Assembly (NCBI GenBank): GCA_038087875.1
Contig: JAXLNO010005073.1
Location: forward strand, 310,001-374,000
Direction of reading: 5' to 3'
Source: Malacoraja senta
Taxonomy: Eukaryota
DNA: 64,000 nucleotides
Shown here piece by piece: positions 1-11,985 of this stretch (the stretch's first letter is position 1; every line of letters starts with the position of its first letter). The translations under genes were made by a program, and so were the position numbers. The notes under the pieces were generated by a model that was given only the letters and a program-made list of their open reading frames with translations, made no database searches and was not told the DNA's origin.

Positions 1-2506
1 CTTCCCCTCATTCATCCTGTAGTGATCACCCATTCATCCTGCTCACCCTCCGATCCACACTGTACTGACCCCCCCATTCATTCCTACGCTGATCTCCCCC
101 CATTCATCCTGCGCTGATCTCCCCCCCCCCCCATCCATCCTGTACTGATCCTCCCATTCAAGAATGGGGGGAAGTCTGAAAGAAGGGTCTCGACCTGAAA
201 CGTTAGCCTATTTCCTTCGCTCCATAGATGCTGCCTCACCCGCTGAGTTTCTCCAGCACTTTTGTCTACCCCCATCCATCCGTACTGAACCCCTCCATTC
301 AACACCACTGACATCCCCGGTGCTCTCCCCTCACAATTTTACCACTCCAACCAACACGTACTAATTCACCTGCCTCAATCCATCCATTCTGCACCAACTG
401 CCTTCTAACCCTCCCCCCCCCACCTATCCACCCCGCACTGATTCCACACACACACCCCTCCTGACCCTATTGTGCTGGAATGTCTTCAGAGCGAACATTG
501 ACTATGTTTGATAACGGATGCAATCAAATGTGTTTTAATTCCAATGTTATTATTTGTTTTAATCCATAAAGATGGATTAATTAAATTGTGAACACGTGAA
601 CATTACAACCGCAGTGTTCGATTGTCACTGCTACTGTTACAGAATTCTTTTTAACGGCAAAATCAATGCTCTTAATATGGAGTATCAGTACTGTAGTTAT
701 TTAATGAGCAACATTCATAACTATACGTACGCATTTATGTCACCATGGTCCAGGATTTATTGACTCAGGTTGGTCATACGATGAATAATCCAACCACATT
801 TTTGTTTGGAAGTGAAAGAACTAATAGTAATTTGCATTAATTGCAATGTGTAAAAAGAGTTGAGATACTGTCTTATAATTTTGCTGCATGTCATTGTGGG
901 ATATATCATGTCTTGATTGGTGAATATGTTTAGTTTGTGACTTTATTTGAAGCAGAAATAATATGTGAATGCTTCATTGAGTATAATTCCGACTGGTAAC
1001 TACGCACTTCGTCTGAGCACATTATCGCACGCGTCATGCAAGCCATCTTAAATGACCACCTAAACTGTCTTTTGGCAACCTAAAAAGCTGCCAAGGTTGC
1101 CCGGCTGGCAACAGGAAAAAAAGTTAAGCGAGAGCCGTGCATCCTTCAGTCCCATCAGTCTATCCAACACCATTTCCTGCCTAATGTGGGATTTCCTTCA
1201 GTTCCTCCGTCACCCCAGATCCTCTGGCCACTAGTACATCAGGAAGATTGTTTGTGTCCTCCTTAGTGAAGATGGATCAAAGTACCTGTTCAACTCATCT
1301 GCCATTTCCTTGTTTCCCCATAATAAATTCACCTTTTTCAGTCTTCAAGAGTCCAACTTTGGTCTTAACTAATGTTTTCCTCTTCACATACGTAAAGAAG
1401 GAACAGCAGGATGCCGGTTTACAAAGAGAGACACAATCTCCTGGAGTAACTTGCACATCTGGAGAGCATGGACAGGCAACATTCTAGGTCAGGCCCTTCT
1501 TCAGACTGCTTGGTGTGGGGGGTGGAGAAAGTTGGAAAGGAGAGGAGGGAGTGGTCGCCTTAGATTCCCTTCCCTCTACAGATGCAGCCTGACCTACTGA
1601 GTTCCTCCACTGCTTTAGAGGGAAATGACAGACGACGTTTTGAGTCAGGACCCTTCTTCAGGCTGAGTGGAGAGGGTAGGGGGAGGAAGCTGGAAAGAGA
1701 AATGGGGGCTGGACAAAGCCTGGCAAGTGACAGGTGGACACAAAATGCTGGAGTAACTCAGCGGGACAGGCAGCATCTCTAGAGAGAAGGAATGGGTGAT
1801 GTTTCAGGTTGAGACCCTTCTTCAGAAGTGATAGGTTGATATAGGTGAGGGAGACACAAGATATTGCAGATGCTGGAATCTTGCATAGAACACAATTTAG
1901 TTAGATGCACAGAATCTCTTGGCCAGAGTGGGGGATCGAGACCAGAGACATGGATTCAAGGTGAAGGGGAAAAATATTTAAAAGGAAAACTGAGGGGTAA
2001 CATGTTCACTTGTTCACACAGAGGGTGGTGGGAGTATGGAACAAACTGTCAGAGGAGGCAGTTGAGGCTGTGACTATCCCAAGAAACAGTTAGACAGTTA
2101 CATGGATAGGACAAGTTTGGAGGGATATGGACCAAACACAGGCAGGTGGGTCTAGTGTAGCTGGGACATGTTAGTCGGTGTGGACAAGTTGGGCCGAAGG
2201 GCCTGTTTCCACACTGTATCACACTATGACTAACGCAGAGTGCTGGAGTAACTCAGCGGGTCAGGCAGCATCTGTGGAGAAAATGGATAGGTGACATTTC
2301 AGAGTGCTGGAGTAACTCAGCGGGACAGGCAGCATCTCTGGAGAACATGGATAGGTGACATTTGAGAGTGCTGGAGTAACTCAGCGGGACAGGCAGCATC
2401 TCTGGAGACAAGGAATGGGTGATGTTTCAGGTCGACACTGAAGATGGGTCTCGACCCTGAAACGTTACCCATTCCTCCCAGCATTTTGTGTCTACCTAAA
2501 CAGCCC

Positions 2507-4858
2507 CTATCTATCCACGTGGCGGTGTGCCAGCAGGCTGGAGGAGCGGGCAAAGATCTTGCTGCAGAGCAGGCAGGTGAAGGGGCGCTGGCCGGTGTGG
2601 ACTCGTCGGTGGTCAAGGCGGGTGAAACCCTTGCCACACTCAGCACACACATAAGGTCTCTCTCCGGTGTGTAACCGCTGGTGCTCCCGCAGCCCCCGTG
2701 CTCTCTTGTCGCAGTGGAGCAGCTGCTCGCCGGCGTGGGTCCGCCGGTGCTGCCGCAACCCCCGCGAGCTGTCAAACTCCTCACCGCAGTACGGGCAGTC
2801 GTAGGGCTGGCCACTGGTGTGCACGCACTGGTGAGACAGGGCGTGGGAGGCCATGGTAAAGCGCTCTCCACACACCGGGCTGGGGACGGGACGGTCGCCG
2901 GTGTGCACCCGCTGGTGGCACAGCAGTCTGCTGGAGCTGGCGAAGCCCTTGCCGCATTGGGCGCAGGTGTATGGGTGCTCGCCGGTGTGGGTGCGCTGGT
3001 GGGACCGCAGGCTGCTGGAGCGGGTGAAACCCTTGCCGCACTGGACGCAGGTGTAGGGGCGCTCGCCGGTGTGGGTGCGCTGGTGCCTCAGCAGGGCGCC
3101 GGAGAGGGCGAAACCCTTGCCGCACTGGGCGCAGGTGAAGGGGCGCTCGCCGGTGTGGGTGCGCTGGTGGGACCGCAGGTGGCTGGAGCAGATGAAGCCC
3201 TTGTCGCAGTAGCTGCAAGTGTAGGGACGCTCGCCGGTGTGGGTGCGCTGGTGCCTCAGCAGGGTCCTGGAGAAGGCGAAACCCTTGCCGCACTGGGCGC
3301 AGGTGAAGGGGCGCTCGCCAGTGTGGGTGCGCTGGTGGGACAGCAGGTGGCTGGAGCAGATGAAGCCCTTGTCGCAGTAGCTGCAGGTGTAGGGACGCTC
3401 GCCGGTGTGGGTGCGCTGGTGGGACAGCAGGGTGCCGGAGAGGGCGAAACCCTTGCCGCAGTAGCTGCAGGTGTAGGGACGCTCGCCGGTGTGGGTGCGC
3501 TGGTGGGACCGCAGGCTGCTGGAGCGGGTGAAACCCTTGCCGCACTGGACGCAGGTGTAGGGGCGCTCGCCGGTGTGGGTGCGCTGGTGCCTCAGCAGGG
3601 CGCCGGAGAGGGCGAAACCCTTGCCGCACTGGGCGCAGGTGAAGGGGCGCTCGCCGGTGTGGGTGCGCTGGTGGGACCGCAGGTGGCTGGAGCAGATGAA
3701 GCCCTTGTCGCAGTAGCTGCAAGTGTAGGGACGCTCGCCGGTGTGGGTGCGCTGGTGCCTCAGCAGGGTCCTGGAGAAGGCGAAACCCTTGCCGCACTGG
3801 GCGCAGGTGAAGGGGCGCTCGCCAGTGTGGGTGCGCTGGTGGGACAGCAGGTGGCTGGAGCAGATGAAGCCCTTGTCGCAGTAGCTGCAGGTGTAGGGAC
3901 GCTCGCCGGTGTGGGTGCGCTGGTGGGACAGCAGGGTGCCGGAGAGGGCGAAACCCTTGCCGCAGTAGCTGCAGGTGTAGGGACGCTCGCCGGTGTGGGT
4001 GCGCTGGTGGGACCGCAGGCTGCTGGAGCTGGTGAAACCCTTGCCGCACTGGACGCAGGTGTAGGGGCGCTCGCCGGTGTGGGTGCGCTGGTGCCTCAGC
4101 AGGGCGCCGGAGAGGGCGAAACCCTTGCCGCACTGGGCGCAGGTGAAGGGGCGCTCACCGGTGTGGGTGCGCTGGTGTAACAGCAGGTGACTGGTCTGGG
4201 TGAAGCCTTTGCCACACTGGACGCAGGTGTAGGGGCGCTCGCCGGTGTGGGTGCGCTGGTGCCTCAGCAGTCTGCCGGAGAGGGTGAAACCCTTGCCACA
4301 CTGGGCGCAGGTGTAGGGGCGCTCGCCAGTGTGGGTGCTCTGGTGGGACAGCAGGTAATTAGACTGGGTGAAGCCCTTGCCGCAGTAGCTGCAGGTGTAG
4401 GAGCGCTCGCCGGTGTGGGTGAGCTGGTGGGACAGCAGTTTGCCGGAGAGGGCGAAACCCTTGCCGCACTGGACGCAGGTGTAGGGCCGCTCCCCGGTGT
4501 GCACACGCCTGTGCACCTTCAGGTCCAACGACGACTTGAAGCCTTTGCCGCAGTTGGAGCAGGTGAAGGGCCGCTCACTGCTGTGCACCCGCCGGTGGTT
4601 CCTCAGCCCCGACAACTGGGCAAAGTTCTTGCCGCAGGTGCCGCAGCAATAGGGCTTCTCGCCAGTGTGAACCCGCTGGTGCATCTTCAGCTGTTTCGCC
4701 ATCTTGAAGCTCTTGTCGCACTCCGAGCCGTCGAAGGGGCGTTCTCCCATGTGCACCCGCCGGTGGATGTCCAGCCGGCTCAGGCACCGCCAGGCCTTGC
4801 CACACACGTCACACTCATAACGCTTCTCCTTGTTGTGCCCCGTCATGTGGTCCCCCAT
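2507..4858 (-). CDS. C2H2 zinc-finger array, about 28 fingers (some degenerate), main coding exon of a ZNF gene
   Basis: 783-aa ORF of repeated CxxC...HxxxH fingers with TGERP(Y/F) linkers; no KRAB/BTB/SET domain visible in this exon. Confidence 0.95.
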   Translation of the reverse strand: MGDHMTGHNKEKRYECDVCGKAWRCLSRLDIHRRVHMGERPFDGSECDKSFKMAKQLKMHQRVHTGEKPYCCGTCGKNFAQLSGLRNHRRVHSSERPFTCSNCGKGFKSSLDLKVHRRVHTGERPYTCVQCGKGFALSGKLLSHQLTHTGERSYTCSYCGKGFTQSNYLLSHQSTHTGERPYTCAQCGKGFTLSGRLLRHQRTHTGERPYTCVQCGKGFTQTSHLLLHQRTHTGERPFTCAQCGKGFALSGALLRHQRTHTGERPYTCVQCGKGFTSSSSLRSHQRTHTGERPYTCSYCGKGFALSGTLLSHQRTHTGERPYTCSYCDKGFICSSHLLSHQRTHTGERPFTCAQCGKGFAFSRTLLRHQRTHTGERPYTCSYCDKGFICSSHLRSHQRTHTGERPFTCAQCGKGFALSGALLRHQRTHTGERPYTCVQCGKGFTRSSSLRSHQRTHTGERPYTCSYCGKGFALSGTLLSHQRTHTGERPYTCSYCDKGFICSSHLLSHQRTHTGERPFTCAQCGKGFAFSRTLLRHQRTHTGERPYTCSYCDKGFICSSHLRSHQRTHTGERPFTCAQCGKGFALSGALLRHQRTHTGERPYTCVQCGKGFTRSSSLRSHQRTHTGEHPYTCAQCGKGFASSSRLLCHQRVHTGDRPVPSPVCGERFTMASHALSHQCVHTSGQPYDCPYCGEEFDSSRGLRQHRRTHAGEQLLHCDKRARGLREHQRLHTGERPYVCAECGKGFTRLDHRRVHTGQRPFTCLLCSKIFARSSSLLAHRHVDR

Positions 4859-4986
4859 CGAATCTCAGCCCCTCGAAGCTCAGCCCACACCGAGCAGATG
4901 GGGGAACGGGGCTCACAGGCACCCTGGCCGCCCTCAATGGCCGCTCACATCCCTGTCTCTCCGTCCACAGCAACGGCTCCTAAACC
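4859..4986 (-). pseudogene. Disrupted 5' coding part of ZNF exon 2 (in-frame TGA plus two small indels)
   Basis: Acceptor ttcccctcctgcag ends at 4987; phase-0 reading GLGAVAVDGETGM*AAIEGGQGACEPRSPICSV; a +2/-1 correction restores a finger CSVCGLSFEGLRSMGDHMTGH continuous with the main ORF. Confidence 0.7.
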
Positions 4987-5086
4987 CTGCAGGAGGGGAA
5001 CACAGAGGGTCAACAAGCTCGTAAACAGGACATTACTAGCACATATTGGGTGCATTTATGGCGGAGGAAACCGTTATATAATTCTG

Positions 5087-5400
5087 CGGGGCACAGGGGC
5101 GCAGCGGTACATTTGCTGCCTCACCGCCAGAGACCCGGGCTCGATCCTGACTACGGGTGCTGTCTGTGCAGAGTTTGCACATTCTCCCCTTGACCTGCGT
5201 GGGTTTTTACTCCGGGTGCTCCAGTTTCCTCCAACATTTCAAAGACGTTCAGGGTCGTAAATTAATCGGACTCCGCAAAATTGTTAAATTGTCCCTGATG
5301 TGCGTAGGATAGTGCTAGTGTACGGGGTGATCGCTGGTCGGCGCAGAATCCATGGGCCGAAAGACCTGTTTCCGCGCTGCATCTGTAAACTAAACTAAAC
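5087..5400 (+). mobile_element. tRNA-derived SINE (HE1/V-SINE-like)
   Basis: A-box-like GGCGCAGCGG, B-box-like GGGCTCGATCC, CR1-like tail and (TAAAC)n end. Confidence 0.75.
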
Positions 5401-5977
5401 CAAAGAAGGGTCTCGACCCAAAATGTCACCCATTCCTTCTCTCCACAGATGCTGCCTGACCCGCTGAGTTACTCCAGCACTTTGCGTCTATCTTCTCCAC
5501 AGATGCTGCCTGACCCGCTGAATTACTCCAGCACTTTGTCATAGATTCATAGAGTGATACAGCGCTGGAAAGAGGCCCTTCAGCCCAACTCGTACTTGCA
5601 CTCCTAGATCCCTCGGCTCCACACATTCCGCCAGTGCCCCGCCATTCACAGTGAAGACCCTGCCCTGGTTTGACTTCCTAAACTGCAACACCCTCCCCAC
5701 CCCCAAACAATGTGACCTCCTCCCTGTGGCTCCCTGCCCCTTACCCCTGCCACCTCCTGCTCCTTACCCCCCTTTGCTACCTCCCCCCTCCTCCCCACCC
5801 CCAACCAATGTGAACCCACCCCCACCTGGCTCCCTACCCCCTTTCTTCGCTCACTTGAACCCTCTATCTCCCCCCCAGTTCCCTGCCCGCCCATTCATCC
5901 CCCTCGGCACCAAACCCACTCCCCCTTGAACCCTCCCCCCTCCCTTTGCTGCCTGTTTCCCCCCGCTACACCCCCTT

Positions 5978-6112
5978 NNNNNNNNNNNNNNNNNNNNNNN
6001 NNNNNNNNNNNNNNNNNNNNNNNNNNNNNNNNNNNNNNNNNNNNNNNNNNNNNNNNNNNNNNNNNNNNNNNNNNNNNNNNNNNNNNNNNNNNNNNNNNNN
6101 NNNNNNNNNNNN
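5978..6112. other. Assembly gap (135 N) within ZNF intron
   Basis: Run of N next to C-rich low-complexity DNA. Confidence 1.
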
Positions 6113-6193
6113 CTTTTATTAATACATTTAAGTATGTACTTTTGTAGCAAACTTAACTACCAAGGCATTTACTTTTAATTTCTATTGCACTAT

Positions 6194-7070
6194 TGCGGAT
6201 GACACAAAGCTGGGTGGCAGTGTGAGCTGTGAAGAGGATGTTAGGAGGTTGCAGGGTGACCTGGACAGGTTGAGTGAGTGGGCAGATGCGTGGCAGATGG
6301 GGTTATCTCAATGGGGTTACGTTAGGTAAGGGGGAGGTACAGCGAGACCTGGGTGTCCATGTACACCGGTCACTGAAAGTTGGCTTACAGGTACAGCAGG
6401 CAGTGAAGAAAGCTAATGGAATGTTGGCTTTCATAACAAGAGGATTTCAGTATAGCAGTAAAGAGGTTCTTCTGCAGTTGTATAGGTCTCTGGTGAGACC
6501 ACATCTGGAGTATTGTGTACAGTTTTGGTCTCCTAATTTGAGGAAGGACGTCCTTGTGATTCAGGCAGTCCAGCGTAGGTTCACGAGATTGATCCCTGGG
6601 ATGGCGGGACTGTCATATGAGGAAAGATTGAAAAAACTAGGCTTGTATTCACTGGAGTTTAGAAGGATGAGGGGGAATCTTATGGAAACATATAAAATTA
6701 TAAAAGGACTGGACAAGCTAGATGCAGGAAACATGTTCCCAATGTTGGGCAAGTCCAGAACCAGGGGCCACAGTCTTAGAATAAAAGGGAGGTCATTTAA
6801 GACTGAGGTGAGAAAAAAAGTTTTCACCCAGAGAATTGTGAATTTATGGAATTCCCTGACACAGAGGGCAGTGGAGGCCAAATCACTGGATGGATGTAAG
6901 AGAGAGTTAGATAGAGCTCTAGGGGCTAGTGGAATCAAGGGATATGTGGAGAAGGCAGGCACGTGTTATTGATAGGGGACGATCAGCCATGATCACAATG
7001 AATGGCGGTGCTGGCTCGAAGGGCCGAATGGCCTCCTGCACCTATTTTCTATGGTTTCTATGCACATGAT
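6194..7070 (+). mobile_element. CR1 LINE (HER1-like) 3' fragment
   Basis: ORF 6274-6972 has [13 protein letters not shown] and the CR1 RT C-terminus; typical CR1 3' UTR/tail. Confidence 0.92.
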
Positions 7071-7429
7071 GTTTTTTTTGTCATAATTTAGCCATTTAGC
7101 TCATACCTGTGGCCTTAGTTTAATACATTTTGGAGTAATGCTTTTATAATTTTTACTTAATTCAATGGAACTTTAATTTTGTCATGGTCCTTTCTGCCAT
7201 TTAGTTTTCTTTTAGCATAATGAATTATGGTTTTTATTTCAAGAATAAACATTAAAAAAAAAACACATTAGCACAGATACAACCGTTAGACTCAAAACTT
7301 TATGGACACGGGTTTAAAAGGCAGCCTGAGGATTCATGTGGTTCTTATGAAATGCCAACTTGTGTAATGTCATCACAGCAGATTTAGAATTATTTTACCG
7401 AGGGGTCGGGGTCGGATGTTTTGGGAACG

Positions 7430-8460
7430 ACTCCACAGCCCAGTTTATTCCGCTCCCGTGTGTGTTTAGAACATTATTTACCCCAGTTTTACCCCAGACC
7501 GGGTTTAATTTGCTCCCCTGTGTGTGTTTATAACATTATTTACCTCAGTTTTACCCCAGACCGGGTTTATTCAAGATTCAAGAGAGTTTATTGTCACGTG
7601 TCCCAGATAGGACAATGAAATTCTTGCTTTGCTTCAGCACAAAAGAATATAGACGCCATGAATACAGAACAGAGCAGTGTGTCCATATACCATTGTATAA
7701 ATATATACACACATGTATAAATAAAACAGATAAAGTGCAAATAAACTGATAATGGGCTATTAATATTTAGAGTTTTGGTTGAGTTGAGTTCAATATCCTG
7801 ATGGCTGTGGGGCTATGTGTGTATTTTGTTACCCTGTGTGTTTATAACATTATTTACCCGAGTTTTACCCCAGACCGGGTTTATTCCGCTCCCCTGTGTG
7901 TTTCTAATATTATTTACTGTATTATAACATTATTTACTGTCACTGTATGGCATGTTGTTACTTGTGGGCGGAGCACCAAGGCAAATTCCTTGTATGTGAG
8001 TACTTGGCCAATAAACTTACTTACTTTACCTCAGTTTTACCCCAGACTGGGTTTATTTTGTTCCCCTGTGGGTTTATGACATTATTTACCCCAGACCGGA
8101 TTTATTTTGCTCCCCTGTGTGTTTATAACATTATTTACCCCAGTTTTACCACAGACCGCGTTAATTCTGCTCCCCTGTGGGTTTATAACATTATTTACTG
8201 TATTATACTGTATTATAACATTATTTACTGTCACTGTATGTCATGTTGTTACTTGTGGGCGGAGCACCAAGGCAAATTCCTTGTATGTTAGTACTTGGCC
8301 AATAAACGTATTTACTTTACCTCAGTTTTACCACAGACTGGGTTTACTTTGTTCCCCTGTGTGTTTTATAACATTATTAACCCCAGATTTACCGGGTTTA
8401 TTCCACTCCCCTGTGTGTTTATAACATTATTTACCCCAGATTTACCAGGTTTATTCCCCC
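7430..8460. repeat. About 50-60 bp minisatellite with interspersed repeat-tail modules
   Basis: Repeated ccccagaccgggtttattccgctcccctgtgtgtttataacattatttac; inverted copies at 48915-49885 and 55466-56145. Confidence 0.9.
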
Positions 8461-8838
8461 AGACGTGCAGTTTATGTGGTGATTTATTGATTATTTACAG
8501 AGAGGGGGGGGGTTGGGAGCCAGAGAGAGGGAGATGTTTATTTATAAGGTGTTTTATCTCAGGACGCTGCTCCAGACGGTGAGTTTATATAATTGAGCCC
8601 AGTTTGACCAGTTTGATTCCCCCAGACGTGGTTTATGTGGAGATTGCCCTCAGCTCTCTCTCTCTCTCCCCACACACATGTCCACACACGTGACTGTACC
8701 GGCCTGTACTGTACTGTACTGTACTGTACAGTACTGTATGTGGTCATTGACATCACTCACCGACTCACTTCTCCCCCACGTGACCCGATCCCGCACAATC
8801 CGCTGCAGCCGCTGATCATCAGTTAGTTATTTATTTAC

Positions 8839-8886
8839 CTCAGGTCCGTCACCGACTGACGCTTCTCCGCCAGCCGCCATTTTCAT
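8839..8886 (-). CDS. Coding exon 1 of the ZNF gene, (MK)MAAGGEASVGDGPE
   Basis: AAAATGGCGGC start context, donor GAG|GTAAAT at 8838, phase 0 matching the acceptor at 4987. Confidence 0.7.
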
Positions 8887-9060
8887 GCGGTCGACGGGGA
8901 GACTCGGCCCCGGTGGGGGGGGGGAGGGGCGGGACCGGCGGGCGGGCGGCCATCTTGGTGAGGGCAGCTGAGTTCGGCAGCCGGTGGCCATCTTGGTGAG
9001 GGCAGGTGAGGTCGGCAGCCGGAGGCCATCTTGGTGAGGTCGGCGGTTGGCGGTTGGAGC
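8872..9060 (-). promoter_or_regulatory. CpG-rich promoter/5' UTR with tandem YY1-type motifs
   Basis: Three copies of an approx. 42-bp unit each containing GCCATCTTG (CAAGATGGC on minus), plus AAAATGGCGGC at the start codon. Confidence 0.65.
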
Positions 9061-9207
9061 TTTGGGCGGGAACAAGATGAAGATGAAACCGGCGCCGAGA
9101 CCCCGGACCCTGGTGACAGAAAGATGGAGAAAGATCAAATAGAACAAGTTGTCCAACAACTTTAGGCTGTGCACGCCACACCAAAGAAGAAGAAGAGAGA
9201 GAGAGGC

Positions 9208-9880
9208 TGTAAAGGTGGTTTCGGGTGGGTGAGGGTGGTTTTGGGTGGGTGTGGGTGGTTTCGGGTGGGTGTGGTTTCGGGCGGGTGTGGGTGGTTTCGG
9301 GTGGGTGAGGGTGGTTTTGGGTGGGTGTGGTTTCGGGCGGGTGTGGGTGGTTTCGGGGGGGTGTGGGTGGTTTCGGCTGAGGGTGGTTTCGGGCGGGCGA
9401 GGGTGGTTTCAGGTGAGGGTGGTTTCAGGTGCTTTTGGGTGGGTGAGGGTGGTTTCGGGTGCGTGAGGGTGGTTTCAGGTGGGTGAGGGTGGTTTCGGGT
9501 GGGTGAGGGTGGTTTTCGGTGAGGGTGGTTTCGCTTGGGTGTGGGTGGGTGAGGGTGGTTTCAGGTGAGGGTGGTTTCAGGTGCTTTTGGGTGGGTGAGG
9601 GTGGTTTCGGGTGCGTGAGGGTGGTTTTGGGTGAGGGTGGTTTCGGGTGGGTGAGGGTGGTTTCGGATGGGTGTGGGTGGTTTCGGGTGAGGGTGGTTTT
9701 GGGTGGGTGAGGGTGGTTTTGGGAGGGTGTGGTTGGTTTAGGGTGGGTGAGGGTGGTTTCGGGTGGGTGAGGGTGGTTTCGGGTGGGTGTGCGTGGTTTC
9801 GGGTGGGTGTGGGTGGTTTCGGGTGGGTGTGGGTGGTTTCGGGTGGGTGAGGGTGGTTTCGGGTGGGTGTGGGTGGTTTC
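9208..9880 (+). repeat. G-rich approx. 20-bp minisatellite (GGGTGGGTGAGGGTGGTTTC)n
   Basis: Direct tandem repeats; short continuation at 10456-10567; inverted copy at 47685-48171. Confidence 0.95.
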
Positions 9881-10455
9881 ATAGAAACATAGACAATAGG
9901 TGCAGGAGTATGCCATTCGGCCCTTCGAGCCTGCACCGCCATTCAATATCATGGCTGATCATCGAACTCAGTATCCTGTACCTGCCTTCTCTCCATACCC
10001 CCTGATCCCTTTAGCCACAAGAGCCACATCTAACTCCCTCTTAAATATAGCCAATGAACTGGCCTCAACTACCTTCTGTGGCAGAGAATTCCACAGATTC
10101 ACCACTCTGTGTGAAAAAAAATGTTTTTCTCATCTCGGTCCTAAAAGATTTCCCCCTTATCCTTAAACTGTGTGACCCCTTGTCCTGGACTTCCCCAAAA
10201 TCGGGAACAATCTTCCTGCATCTAGCCTGTCCAACCCCTTAAGAATTTTGTAAGTTTCTATAAGATCCCTCCTCAATCTTCTAAATTCTAACGAGTACAA
10301 GCCAAGTCTATCCAGTCTTCATATGAAAGTCCTGACATCCCAGGAATCAGTGAACCATCTTTGTACTCCCTCTATGGGAAGAATGTCCTTCCGCAGATTT
10401 GGAGACCAAAACTGTACGCAATACTCCAGGTGTGGTCTCACCAAGACCCTGTACG
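9881..10455 (-). mobile_element. CR1 LINE 3' fragment inserted in the G-rich minisatellite
   Basis: Reverse-strand [13 protein letters not shown] and CR1 tail; same tail junction (ctatgtttctat|gaaacc) occurs near 47680. Confidence 0.9.
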
Positions 10456-11577
10456 GGTGGGTGAGGGTGGTTTTGGGCGGGTGAGGGTGGTTGTGAGTGG
10501 GTGAGGGTGGTTTTGGGTTGGTGTGGGTGGATGAGGGTGGTTTCGGGTGGGTGTGGGTGGGTGAGGGTAAAAAAATCACAAACCGTACGTAAGTAAGTAA
10601 ATTTTATTTATATAGCACGTTTAAATCAACTTGCGTTGAAACCAAAGTGCTTTACATAAAAGAAATAATTAAGTTTCCGTACATCCATAGAAAAAATTTT
10701 AAATAAGAAAAAATGACACAACACATTATAGAATTCAACATGAACGTCCCCCCACAACAGAATCAAAATTTTCCACTGTCCACGGCATCAAAATGTTCAG
10801 TCCTCTTCCTCTGTGATCACCCGAATTACGTTTTACTCAGATGCAAGCGAAGGAATGGCATAATTGTTAGCTGTTAATTGGACATAATCAACTTCAGCAA
10901 ATTGACAATATCCTATTGAAGGATAGTGGGTGTTTAAGCTGTCAGGACATTTTATTATTTGCCAAAATATACATCTCAATAGCATAATGATAGAAAACTT
11001 TTCTACACATCACTCGTAAGTCTGGAGATTTCTTTAATGATAAATTTAGCTTCAGAGGCGTTTTCTTTTTGCATGTACAAACCCACTTCAGAACCATGGG
11101 CGATTTTAAAATTATACAGCCAGATTTATCACTTCTGAAACTTTTTAGATACCAAAGGAATCAAGAAAAAACACAAATAATGCCTTACTGTTGATGAAAT
11201 GCAGTGAGCAAAGGCGATAATTCCCAATATTTTCAATCTCGATATCTGCACGGCCAATGTTAACAACTCTGATTTTTCATCGATGGGAAAAAGCCTCTGG
11301 TCCAGCTCAGCGGAGGGGGACTCTGAGCGAGGTGGTCAAAAATCACGGCCGTAAGTGGCGGCGTTCTTTCAGAAATCACGAAACAGAAAGTCAGAAAGTG
11401 GTCAAGATCTTAGTTTTAGTAATATAGAAGATGAATGTGATGATTTTGATAACTCGGGAAGTACATTCGTGAAAGTATGTAGAAATTATAAAGTAAAAAA
11501 TTCAATTCCAAAAATTGCAACGTTGCACTTGTCAAAGTCCAAGCCTTCACTTTCCACTCTCTTCACAGTATTCATGT

Positions 11578-11619
11578 TTATGTTTTTACTGTTTCAGCAT
11601 AGATGACAGACTCATCTTC
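11578..11619 (-). CDS. Candidate terminal cytoplasmic exon EDESVIYAETVKT*
   Basis: Acceptor ttgtttcttcaaag, phase 0, tyrosine motif VIYAET, stop TAA at 11578-11580. Confidence 0.6.
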   Translation of the reverse strand, partial: EDESVIYAETVKT

Positions 11620-11769
11620 CTTTGAAGAAACAAGGTTCTGAAAGAGAAGGAAATACCAATTGTATTTAAGACCGTTGCTGTTGTCGCTGTTTAGATCAGT
11701 AAACAGATTACAGCTTTAATTCATACTTGTACGATCTGGGATTTCATCAACAAGAATCAATATACTTAC

Positions 11770-11813
11770 AGTGCCTGATGCTTGATTGGAGGACAGTGTA
11801 TTATCGCTGCTGC
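11770..11813 (-). CDS. Candidate cytoplasmic exon (G)SSDNTLSSNQASGT
   Basis: 44 nt; acceptor tttattacag, donor gtaagt; phase 1 to 0. Confidence 0.7.
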
Positions 11814-11985
11814 CTGTAATAAATGCAAACATCACAATTAAAAATGACACTGGTGGATTATGTTGACAAAGGAAACGACAAATGGAATATAAAAGTCTAA
11901 AGCTTACTACATTTTGCTCTTCCTGACAGTAGATCAACAAGACATAGAATTCCAGAAAACCCATCTGTCATCTGTATGCTCATAC

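Noticed and set aside
2681-4180. 499-aa plus-strand ORF and other overlapping ORFs (2781-4133, 4187-5260)
   Set aside because: Antisense or alternative-frame shadows of the repetitive zinc-finger array
7430-8460. Repeat-spacer-like pattern suggestive of a CRISPR array
   Set aside because: Eukaryotic minisatellite with degenerate units and repeat-derived inserts; no cas genes
11355-11606. Plus-strand ORF MAAFFQKSRNRKSESGQDLSFSNIEDECDDF
   Set aside because: No convincing splice partner; overlaps the 3' UTR side of the minus-strand tail exon and repeat-like DNA
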